Shown: positions 23,199 through 30,782 of the stretch, piece after piece
Numbering within the stretch: position 1 is the first letter of the stretch
How the letters are laid out: every line of letters begins with the position of its first letter
IMG/VR virus record: IMGVR_UViG_3300045988_071887
Origin: a virus
DNA length: 35,462 nucleotides
Strand: one strand, 5' to 3'
Notes under the pieces: generated by a model
Seen by the model: the letters and a program-made list of their open reading frames with translations, nothing else
Told to the model about the DNA's origin: nothing
The model's database searches: none
Position numbers and translations under genes: made by a program

Positions 23199-23369
23199 AT
23201 GGACCGCGAAATGCTGCTTCGCGCCGTGGATTATGTCCAGCGCGGAAAGAAAAGCTGCGAGGATGCAGCAGAGAACCTCTTGAACCAAGAGCCTGTGAAA
23301 TCTTATTACATGGGAAAGGCCAAAGCCTTCAGCGAGGTGCTAAAGTTTTTAGAATTGATTGACAAATGA
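23199..23369 (+). CDS. Hypothetical small protein
   Basis: 56 aa from ATG 23199 (MDREMLLRAVDYVQRGKKS...). Its stop overlaps the dut start. Confidence 0.4.
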   Translation: MDREMLLRAVDYVQRGKKSCEDAAENLLNQEPVKSYYMGKAKAFSEVLKFLELIDK

Positions 23370-23800
23370 AAGTAAGAATAAAGAAACTAAATGACAAAGC
23401 GGTGATGCCAACAAAGGCACACGCGACAGATGCAGGCTTCGACCTGTACTGCACAAGCAAGGAAATCGACTGGACCAAGCGGCAGATAGTCTGCCACACA
23501 GGACTGGCGTTCGAGATTCCTGAAGGCCATGTGGGGCTTATATTCCCACGCAGTTCAGTGAGCAACAAGCCCCTCATGATGGCCAACTCGGTCGGTGTCG
23601 TGGACAGCTGCTACAGAGGTGAAGTAACCGCGAAATTCAACATTACGGACACACGGCAGAACGCCTTTTCCCATTATCAGGAGGGCGACAGGGTTGCGCA
23701 GATGATAATCATTCCTTATCCGGCGATTGAGTTCGAGGAGACTGACAGCCTTTCCGAGAGCGACAGGGGAACAGGCGGCTATGGTTCAACAGGGAGGTAG
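23366..23800 (+). CDS. dut: dUTP diphosphatase
   Basis: 144 aa carrying the five dUTPase motifs: DAGFDL, FPRSS, GVVDSCYRGE, DRVAQM and RGTGGYGSTG. Confidence 0.9.
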   Translation: MKVRIKKLNDKAVMPTKAHATDAGFDLYCTSKEIDWTKRQIVCHTGLAFEIPEGHVGLIFPRSSVSNKPLMMANSVGVVDSCYRGEVTAKFNITDTRQNAFSHYQEGDRVAQMIIIPYPAIEFEETDSLSESDRGTGGYGSTGR

Positions 23801-23802
23801 TG

Positions 23803-23958
23803 ATGAAGTTTGAAGCTACATTCTCGGAACACGGCAGGGTCATGACCAGGACCTACGACAAGCCGGACGCAACCAAAGAGGACGTAATAGAATGGTTCGG
23901 GTTGCGCGAACACGACATTGACTGGTTTACAATTAAGGAAATCAACGAAAAAGATTAG
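23803..23958 (+). CDS. Hypothetical small protein (51 aa)
   Basis: ATG 23803 to TAG 23956-58 encodes MKFEATFSEHGRVMTRTYDKPDATKEDVIEWFGLREHDIDWFTIKEINEKD. Confidence 0.4.
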   Translation: MKFEATFSEHGRVMTRTYDKPDATKEDVIEWFGLREHDIDWFTIKEINEKD

Positions 23959-23963
23959 AAATC

Positions 23964-24617
23964 ATGAAATACGATTTTTCAAGATGCAACAACTTGAATT
24001 TCAGGTTGGACGATGGGACTACGGGATTTATTAAAGTCTGCCCTAATAATAACGTGTTTTTGTATTCAGGCAAAGAACTCAAATGGGACATAATTAGAGC
24101 AATGCCAACATTTAATATGATAGCATGTCTAGCCACCGAAGAGTTTGCTAAAGCCTATATAGAGAAACATGACCTTGAAATCATTCCGCGCGATCCGGAG
24201 ACTTACACCGACTGGAAGGTGGGCGACCGCGTCATGGACAAAGATACTGGAGGTATTTCCACAATCGCTGCAAAACTGGGCGATATAGTGTTTCTATTGA
24301 ACGATAATAACGCAGTTACGTCAACATGTACTGCCAGGCTGACGAAGTATTACACTCTCGTCCTCACAGACTACGAGAAAGAACTTATACATGCACAGGA
24401 ACTGGAGAAGAAGAAAGAGTGCCCGTTTAAGGAAGGAGACAAGGTGTTGGTGAGAGATTTGGACACCTCTTGGAGGTTTGACGTATTTCAACATTATGAA
24501 GAAAATGCCTGTTATTCGTATGAATGTCTTGGCAGCGAATACGAGCAGTGCATTCCTCTCAACGAGCACACGTGGAAGCTTTTGGGTACGACGGACGAAT
24601 ACAAGGAGGAGGAATAG
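23964..24617 (+). CDS. Hypothetical protein (AT-rich island)
   Basis: 217-aa clean ORF with no recognised motif. Confidence 0.55.
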   Translation: MKYDFSRCNNLNFRLDDGTTGFIKVCPNNNVFLYSGKELKWDIIRAMPTFNMIACLATEEFAKAYIEKHDLEIIPRDPETYTDWKVGDRVMDKDTGGISTIAAKLGDIVFLLNDNNAVTSTCTARLTKYYTLVLTDYEKELIHAQELEKKKECPFKEGDKVLVRDLDTSWRFDVFQHYEENACYSYECLGSEYEQCIPLNEHTWKLLGTTDEYKEEE

Positions 24618-24619
24618 TT

Positions 24620-25000
24620 ATGAAACAATTTGACTTGCAAGAATACCTCAAGAATCCAACCAGACCGATTGTCACGAGGGACGGCAGGAGTGTAAGGATC
24701 GTTTGCACGGATAGAAATCACAAAGTGCTCCCGATAATAGCTCTTGTGCTAATAGACGGTGAGGAAAGCGTGTGCAGTTATACGGAAGATGGTAAGTATT
24801 TGAGTTACACACATTCAAGGGATTTATTCTTCGCGACTGAACCGAAAACAAAAAAGGTCGGCTGGATGAACGTCCGCAAGTATGGAGACGACAAACACTT
24901 CTATCGCGAGGGTGGTGTTATCCACCCGACACGTGAGCAGGCGTTGACAGAGCGTCCGGATTATGTCGTGGACACAATTCAGATCAAATGGGAGGAATAA
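24620..25000 (+). CDS. Hypothetical protein (AT-rich island)
   Basis: 126 aa from ATG 24620, with GGAGGAGG upstream. Confidence 0.5.
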   Translation: MKQFDLQEYLKNPTRPIVTRDGRSVRIVCTDRNHKVLPIIALVLIDGEESVCSYTEDGKYLSYTHSRDLFFATEPKTKKVGWMNVRKYGDDKHFYREGGVIHPTREQALTERPDYVVDTIQIKWEE

Positions 25001-25002
25001 TC

Positions 25003-25509
25003 ATGTCCGATATACAGCTCTCTTGCAAGTGCCTCGGTAGGAATTTCACTCCCGATGAATGGCGCGAATACTTATATCAGCATCCAGACTCGCATTCTGA
25101 GCCGGTGTTTCAATTCAAAGGCTACGAATACAACGTTTACGACATCTGTCTTAATCCTCATATTCCTGTGAAGATTGAACTTGGAGGATGCAAGGTGTCG
25201 ATAATGACGGCGGAGATGCCTTCGGGTCTTTGGGGGCATGGAATGATCTGCGACCTGTATACATCGTCCAAGACTTACGGCGTACTTTTCTGCTATGCAC
25301 GAGATAGTGCATACACGGAGAGAGAAGCAGTATATACGGCGCTTCGGGAATGCGAACGTATGGCCCTAGACGACTTGGACCGCCTGAAAGATTCAGATGT
25401 GGATGGGGCGGAAACGAAGCGCCCTGGCGTGCGCTCTTTCCTTAAAAAGGTTCAGCATTATATCGACATGTATGACCCTGATCAATTAACATTATTCGAA
25501 GATAAATAA
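25003..25509 (+). CDS. Hypothetical protein (AT-rich island)
   Basis: 168 aa from ATG 25003, with GGGAGG upstream. Confidence 0.5.
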   Translation: MSDIQLSCKCLGRNFTPDEWREYLYQHPDSHSEPVFQFKGYEYNVYDICLNPHIPVKIELGGCKVSIMTAEMPSGLWGHGMICDLYTSSKTYGVLFCYARDSAYTEREAVYTALRECERMALDDLDRLKDSDVDGAETKRPGVRSFLKKVQHYIDMYDPDQLTLFEDK

Positions 25510-25528
25510 ACCTTAAAGTAATAAAATT

Positions 25529-26041
25529 ATGGCAAGAATTATTTACAAAGAAGGCCTTGAAGGCCAGAACCGCCTCGAATGTATAGAGGGAATCGAGATT
25601 GAACTGCTTAACGGCCAGAAGGCTCTCATCTATCCGAAGTACGCGCAACTGCCGCTGCTGGATTATGAGCAAGTCGAAGACTGGAAAGCAACTTCCATGA
25701 CGGAGATTGAGGCTCTGAAGGTGGAAGATAGCGCGGAGGAAACAGACGAGCTGCTCACGCTCGGTTCGCCTGCAGCGGAGTTTGTTCGCAAGTTTTGTTG
25801 GCGTTTCAATCTGCCGACGTTGCTTGCGGCGATGGAGATTATATGCCAGCGGGAAGACATTAACGCCCTCGCTGAAATTATCGAAGGTGCGGAATTGCTG
25901 AGAGAAGACGTGGGCGTGTCGAGTTGTTCCCGCTACAACCGGAGCAGCAGGTGGCTTGCGGATGACTACTACGGTGGTTTTGCTGGCAGAGACGGCGTGA
26001 ACTACTCTTACGCGTGCGTTCCCATCGTGCTTTACAGATAA
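25529..26041 (+). CDS. Early protein, paralog B of 17464..18027
   Basis: 170 aa. It shares ARIIYKEGLEGQNRLECIEGIEIELLNGQKALIYPKY, LGSPAAEFVRKF and FNLPTLLAAME with paralog A. Confidence 0.6.
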   Translation: MARIIYKEGLEGQNRLECIEGIEIELLNGQKALIYPKYAQLPLLDYEQVEDWKATSMTEIEALKVEDSAEETDELLTLGSPAAEFVRKFCWRFNLPTLLAAMEIICQREDINALAEIIEGAELLREDVGVSSCSRYNRSSRWLADDYYGGFAGRDGVNYSYACVPIVLYR

Positions 26042-26166
26042 TCTTATCTGAGTCATTTTAATCAAAAGCAAATATGAAAGAAATCAAAATTAAAATCTAC
26101 GGATGGTCCGACCTGAAAAAGTGGTTCTGGGACCGATTCTGCTTTCCAAGAAGGAAGAAGTGATTT

Positions 26167-26619
26167 TTGAAATATAAAAAATGGAGAAGTATGGGCTATG
26201 ACGAAGCATTGAAAGCTCTTGCAGCGTGGCAGCAAGGTGTCACAGGCAAAACGCGCAAACGGCAGGGGCACGCGGAGGACGACTTGCAGATGCAGTGTGT
26301 CAGTTGGTTCCGTCTGCAATTCCCGCAGCTCGCGCGGCTACTGCACCACTCTCCCAACGGAGGACGGCGTGACGCACGCGAGGGCGCAAGGTTCAAGCAG
26401 ATGGGTACGCAGGCAGGCTTCCCCGACCTGATACTGCTGGTCGCGGCGAAAGGCTACCATGCGCTGCTGCTGGAGCTGAAGACACGCACAGGGCGGCAGC
26501 AGGACAGTCAGAAGGACTACCAGAAGCGCGTCGAGGAGCAAGGGTACAGGTACGTGGTCATTCGTTCTTTTGACCAGTTCCGCGAGACAATAAAGGACTA
26601 TCTCATCGTAAGCGGTTAA
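26167..26619 (+). CDS. VRR-NUC domain nuclease
   Basis: 150 aa (the start may be ATG 26191). The motifs EDDLQMQCVSWF...HSPNGG...GFPDLILL...LLELK...Q..Y match the VRR-NUC PD-(D/E)xK pattern. Confidence 0.75.
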   Translation: MKYKKWRSMGYDEALKALAAWQQGVTGKTRKRQGHAEDDLQMQCVSWFRLQFPQLARLLHHSPNGGRRDAREGARFKQMGTQAGFPDLILLVAAKGYHALLLELKTRTGRQQDSQKDYQKRVEEQGYRYVVIRSFDQFRETIKDYLIVSG

Positions 26620-26651
26620 GTTTCAATTAACTTACTTTACTTACTTTTTGT

Positions 26652-26659
26652 TAACTTTG
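26652..26659 (+). promoter_or_regulatory. Candidate -7 promoter box TAACTTTG
   Basis: Matches TAnnTTTG, 30 nt upstream of ATG 26689, within an AT-rich gap. The -33 element is weak. Confidence 0.3.
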
Positions 26660-26688
26660 TAATTATTAACCAAGAAATCGACCAGAAA

Positions 26689-28035
26689 ATGAAAAAAGGA
26701 CACCAAAGAATAGACATTGATTTGATAGAGATGAACACCGGCCAGATTGCAGGACTTCCTTCGAACCCTAGGCAGTGGACCAAGGCGCAGTTAGATAAGC
26801 TGAAGGCATCAATCGAGGAGACTCCGGAGCTTCTGGAGGCGCGCGGCTGCATCGTCGACTATCACGAGGGCAAGTATGTCTGCCTCGGCGGAAACATGCG
26901 CTATGCGGCGTGCAAGGCTCTGGGCATGTCCGAGGTGCCGTGCTATGTCGTGCCGGAGGGAACCTCGGTGCTGAAGAAGAAGGAGATCGTGGCGAAGGAC
27001 AACGTCTCCATGGGCGACTGGGATTTTGACGCGCTGGCGAACGAGTGGAGCGACATGGACTTGGAAGGCTGGGGTGTTGCCATACCTCCTGAATGGGGAG
27101 AAGTATGCGGCGAAAATAAAAAAGAGCTGACAGAAAGAGAGGAAATAGAGAGGAAGAAAAAGGAATTTGAGGATAGAATTGCGGCAGGTGAGATGAGAGA
27201 AGAAGACGAAGAATATCAGGCCTTTTTAGCGAAATTCCAAGATGCTAAAACTACAGATGATTGCTACACGCCGCCGAATATATACGAGGCTGTCGTGTCA
27301 TTTGTCGTCAAGACATACGGCGTAAAGGAAAAGGACTTTGTCCGCCCATTTTACCCAAATGGCGATTATCAGAATGAGAACTATCCGCACGATTGCGTTG
27401 TTGTCGATAATCCGCCATTTAGTATTCTTGCAGAAATAATTTCGTTCTTTGAGAAGAACAAAATTAAATACTTCCTATTCGCACCAACACTGACACTCTT
27501 TTCTTCTTCTTCTTCTTCTACTGCATTGCCAATAGCGGCATCGGTAAGGTATGAAAATGGCGCAAACGTTAATACTAGCTTTTTGACAAATCTTGAGCCG
27601 CGAAACATTCGGGCGCGTTCTTGTCCTGAATTATACGCATTAATGAAAAAAGCGAACGAGGACAACTTGCGGAAACAGCAAAAAGAGTTGCCGAGATATG
27701 AGTATGACAAGCACGTGGTAACCTCTACAATGGTAGCTCAATTTTCACGCTATGGAATTGACTTCGTTGTGCCTCGTGATGAAAGCGAAAGAATAGGGGG
27801 GCTTGATTCGCAAAAGAAATTCGGCAAGGGCATTTTCGGAAGTGGGTTTTTAATTTCAGACAGAGTGAAGGCAGACAGAGTGAAGGCAGACAGAGTGAAG
27901 GCAGAACGTGAGAAGGCAGAACGTGAGAAGGCAGAACGTGAGAAGGTAGAACGTGAGAAGGTAGAACGTTGGGAATTGTCACAAAAAGAGCTGGAGATAA
28001 TTGCAAGACTTAATGGCGTTAAAAAAAATGACTAA
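26689..28035 (+). CDS. ParB-like N-terminal domain fused to a putative amino-DNA methyltransferase
   Basis: 448 aa. The ParB-like region is LPSNPRQWTKAQLDKLKASIEE...CLGGNMRYAACKALG. The MTase-like motifs are CYTPPNIYE, VVDNPPFS (motif IV) and IFGSGFL (FxGxG-like). The C-terminus consists of pentapeptide repeats. Confidence 0.6.
   Translation: MKKGHQRIDIDLIEMNTGQIAGLPSNPRQWTKAQLDKLKASIEETPELLEARGCIVDYHEGKYVCLGGNMRYAACKALGMSEVPCYVVPEGTSVLKKKEIVAKDNVSMGDWDFDALANEWSDMDLEGWGVAIPPEWGEVCGENKKELTEREEIERKKKEFEDRIAAGEMREEDEEYQAFLAKFQDAKTTDDCYTPPNIYEAVVSFVVKTYGVKEKDFVRPFYPNGDYQNENYPHDCVVVDNPPFSILAEIISFFEKNKIKYFLFAPTLTLFSSSSSSTALPIAASVRYENGANVNTSFLTNLEPRNIRARSCPELYALMKKANEDNLRKQQKELPRYEYDKHVVTSTMVAQFSRYGIDFVVPRDESERIGGLDSQKKFGKGIFGSGFLISDRVKADRVKADRVKAEREKAEREKAEREKVEREKVERWELSQKELEIIARLNGVKKND
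27859..27963 (+). repeat. 15-bp in-frame tandem repeat, 7 full units plus a partial eighth
   Basis: gacagagtgaaggca x3, gaacgtgagaaggca x2 and gaacgtgagaaggta x2 encode DRVKA x3, EREKA x2 and EREKV x2. Confidence 0.95.
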
Positions 28036-28046
28036 AATAAAAAGAT

Positions 28047-28286
28047 ATGGATAATCAAAGGACAATAACTGAAGAGCAGTTTATGGAGCACTGCGACGAG
28101 AGCTTGCGACAGCTGGCGCGTGAGGTGCGTGGCTGCGGCTTGTCTGTGTATCAGATAGCGAAGCAGTCAGGGCTGACATGGCGGACGGTCAAGAAGGTGA
28201 CCGATGGCATCCCCGTGAGGTTCGACACGGCGGAGCGCATCCGCTTCGTCATGCAGCAGAACGCATCAACCGCTATCGGCAATTAA
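28047..28286 (+). CDS. Small HTH DNA-binding protein
   Basis: 79 aa. The HTH is GLSVYQIAKQSGLTWRTVKKV. It lies immediately upstream of terS. Confidence 0.5.
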   Translation: MDNQRTITEEQFMEHCDESLRQLAREVRGCGLSVYQIAKQSGLTWRTVKKVTDGIPVRFDTAERIRFVMQQNASTAIGN

Positions 28287-28302
28287 TCGGGGAGGATTTG
28301 AC

Positions 28303-28719
28303 ATGGGGAGACCAGGGAACAAGAACATCGCCAACATCGGCAGGGAGACGCGCTTCAGCAGCACGAACCAGCCGAAGAAGAAGGGCCGCCGTCCGAACAT
28401 CCTGACGAAGCTGAAGGCCATCGGCTTGAGCCACGACGACATCCGCACGATACTGGAGAACATCCTGATGGCGGACAAGAACAAGGCGTCCGAGATGCTC
28501 CAGGATCCGGAGCTTCCGCTGTTGCTGGTCGGCTATCTATCCGCCCTCATCAAGGATATAAAGAAAGGCCGCAGCATAACCTTGGACAGCATCGTCGACA
28601 GGCTGGACGGCAAGGCCACGCAGAAGGTCGAGGCTGACGCGACACTTCGAGACGCGCAACCGCCAGCCATCTATTTCGGAGAGGAAGAAGAACAAGAAGA
28701 AAACAACAAAGAGGATTAA
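28303..28719 (+). CDS. terS: Terminase small subunit
   Basis: 138 aa with the N-terminus GRPGNKNIANIGRETRFSSTNQPKKKGRRPN and an acidic C-tail. Its stop overlaps the terL start. Confidence 0.65.
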   Translation: MGRPGNKNIANIGRETRFSSTNQPKKKGRRPNILTKLKAIGLSHDDIRTILENILMADKNKASEMLQDPELPLLLVGYLSALIKDIKKGRSITLDSIVDRLDGKATQKVEADATLRDAQPPAIYFGEEEEQEENNKED

Positions 28720-29960
28720 TGCTATTTTCGCCGAAATACAAGCCGCTTTTCAAAGTCATGCCGGAAGTGCGTTACTTCCTTGTCAAGGGAGGGCGCGCAT
28801 CCGGCAAGTCCTATGCCGTGAACACATCCCAATGCGTGAGCACGTATCGCGACCCCTATAATATCCTATTCGCACGATATACTATGACATCTGCGGAGGT
28901 GTCTGTAATTCCGGAGTTCCGCGACAAGGTCGTGGCGCTTGAGCTTGAAAACCACTTCCGCGTGAAGACTGCTGACATCGTCAATCTATCGACCGGAGCT
29001 AAGATTCTGTTCAGGGGTCTGCTCGCAAGCTCCGGCAATCAGGTCGCGAAATTGAAATCATTGCAGGGCATCAAGACATTCGTGCTAGACGAGGCTCAAG
29101 AGTTGACAGACCCTGACCTCTTCGACACGATTGACTTTTCCGTCAGACTTCCAGACGCGCCGAATACCGTGGCGCTGTCGTTCAACCCTACGGACGTGCA
29201 CTCCTGGATTTACGAGCGATTCTACCGAAATGTGCCGGAAGGCTTCAATGGCATCATCGGAGACGTCTGCTACATCTCCACGACATACCTAGACAATATC
29301 CACAATCTTAATCCTTCAATAATCAAGCAGGCGCGCAAGATGGAAGCGGAAGCGCCGGAAAAGTACCGAAACATCTGGCTCGGAGAATGGGCCACGCTTT
29401 CAGAAGGCATCATATACAAGCGCTGGAAGGAAATTAGCCTGGACGACTGGCCTAAAAATCTGCCTTGCTTCTACGGCATCGACTGGGGCTACGCCAACGA
29501 CCCGACGGCGGTCGTCTGCTGTGCCTATGACATCGACACGAAGACCATCTACCTGCGCGAGGTCTGCTACCAGCCGAAGTTGCTCGCTGGGCATATCGCC
29601 CGGATCATCTACGAGGATATGGAGGAGTTTGGCGTGGACCGTGAGGCCGACATCTACTGCGACCCTGCACGACCGGAGCATATCGGCGAGCTCCGCATGA
29701 ACAACCTCTGCGCAATGCCGGCGGACAACCGGAACAAGGAAGGGCGAATATCATACTTGCAATATTTCTCCGTCAAGTATGTCGGCGAGCACATTAAATG
29801 GGAGAGCGAGCGCTACTCCTGGAAGCCTGACCCGAAGGACCGGAGCCGTTATCTGAGCGAGCCGCAGGACGGCAATGACCACCTCATGGACGCAATCAAT
29901 TATGCGTGCGTCACGAAGCTCCGATACCTAGGGCAGACCAACCTTATCGGCGAGGGATAA
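28719..29960 (+). CDS. terL: Terminase large subunit (PBSX/Terminase_3-like)
   Basis: 413 aa. Walker A is VKGGRASGKS and Walker B is TFVLDEAQE. The C-terminal nuclease region is YGIDWGYANDPTA...DGNDHLMDAINY. Confidence 0.9.
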   Translation: MLFSPKYKPLFKVMPEVRYFLVKGGRASGKSYAVNTSQCVSTYRDPYNILFARYTMTSAEVSVIPEFRDKVVALELENHFRVKTADIVNLSTGAKILFRGLLASSGNQVAKLKSLQGIKTFVLDEAQELTDPDLFDTIDFSVRLPDAPNTVALSFNPTDVHSWIYERFYRNVPEGFNGIIGDVCYISTTYLDNIHNLNPSIIKQARKMEAEAPEKYRNIWLGEWATLSEGIIYKRWKEISLDDWPKNLPCFYGIDWGYANDPTAVVCCAYDIDTKTIYLREVCYQPKLLAGHIARIIYEDMEEFGVDREADIYCDPARPEHIGELRMNNLCAMPADNRNKEGRISYLQYFSVKYVGEHIKWESERYSWKPDPKDRSRYLSEPQDGNDHLMDAINYACVTKLRYLGQTNLIGEG

Positions 29961-30024
29961 AAAACCCCGCTCCGAGGAGCAGGGCGAAAGGCTTATATCA
30001 TTAAAGGGATGCGACCGCCCAGCC

Positions 30025-30414
30025 TTACAGGCGGACGCTTGCCAGTGAACTCGCGATGTCTTTCAGCGCGTGCTCGAGGGTGGCCTTCTCTGCGTCCGTG
30101 AACTCGGCACGCTTCCCGTTGACGGCAAGCCCGTTGATTCTCTGACACAGCCATGCACGTGACTTCCCGAAGTACCTCTTCGCGACATAGGCCATCGAAA
30201 TTGCAGGCAGAACATGGGAAAGCCTCTCCCTCATGCTCATGTCCTTCGCCTCCGCGATCGACTCGTCAAGCTGACGAGCCATGGCCTCCGCAACCGCTTG
30301 CGGGTCCTCGGCGCATGCCGCGCTCATTTCCGCCCTGACGGAGTTTCTCTCCGCGTCTGTCTTTGCGTTGACGAACCTGGCCTTCAGTTCATCCATATAA
30401 GTCTTGTCTATCAT
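30025..30414 (-). CDS. DUF5053-like protein (reverse-strand insert between terL and portal)
   Basis: 129 aa. ISMAYVAKRYFGKSRAWLCQRINGLAVNGKRAEFTDAEKATLEHALKDIA matches the DUF5053 pattern as I recall it. Confidence 0.55.
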   Translation of the reverse strand: MIDKTYMDELKARFVNAKTDAERNSVRAEMSAACAEDPQAVAEAMARQLDESIAEAKDMSMRERLSHVLPAISMAYVAKRYFGKSRAWLCQRINGLAVNGKRAEFTDAEKATLEHALKDIASSLASVRL

Positions 30415-30433
30415 ATCGTATATTTTTTAAGAT

Positions 30434-30451
30434 CCCCACCTTGCGGTGGGG
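30434..30451. other. GC hairpin between the two reverse-strand genes
   Basis: ccccacc-ttgc-ggtgggg forms a 7-bp stem and is flanked by tattttttaa. Confidence 0.5.
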
Positions 30452-30458
30452 GGGTGTC

Positions 30459-30614
30459 CTAGTTCTTCAGAATCTCTACCAGCTCGTCAATCCTCTCTTC
30501 TATCACCTTCAGCATCTTCCAGGTCTCGTTGCGGCCTCGAAGCTCGCCGTAGAGCTGCAGGTAGAAGAGAAGTTCCTGCTCAAGCTTGATTCTTGCTCTT
30601 GTTTTTCTTTTCAT
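30459..30614 (-). CDS. Small helical protein (51 aa)
   Basis: From ATG 30614: MKRKTRARIKLEQELLFYLQLYGELRGRNETWKMLKVIEERIDELVEILKN. Confidence 0.4.
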   Translation of the reverse strand: MKRKTRARIKLEQELLFYLQLYGELRGRNETWKMLKVIEERIDELVEILKN

Positions 30615-30637
30615 GTTCCTTTCCTTTAATGACGATG

Positions 30638-30645
30638 CAAAGATA
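30638..30645 (-). promoter_or_regulatory. Candidate -7 promoter box TATCTTTG for the reverse-strand gene pair
   Basis: The minus strand matches TAnnTTTG, 24 nt upstream of ATG 30614. Confidence 0.3.
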
Positions 30646-30711
30646 ATAAACATTTGTTTATTAAACAAGGAAAATGATGATTATTTTACGTCCGAAGAAA
30701 AAGAAAATGCA

Positions 30712-30758
30712 CAAACGTGACTATATGCACAAGCGTGGCAATAGCCCCAACGGGGCTA
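30712..30758 (+). promoter_or_regulatory. Bipartite repeated element, copy 1 (upstream of portal)
   Basis: caaacgtgactatatgcaca-N18-acggggcta. Both parts and the spacing are identical at 32895..32941. Confidence 0.6.
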
Positions 30759-30782
30759 TTTTGGGGTAAATTATGAAATTAT

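Noticed and set aside
27859-27975. Regular 15-bp repeats that could be mistaken for a CRISPR-like array.
   Set aside because: The units are directly tandem with no spacers and are in frame within a long ORF, encoding pentapeptide repeats. No cas genes are present.
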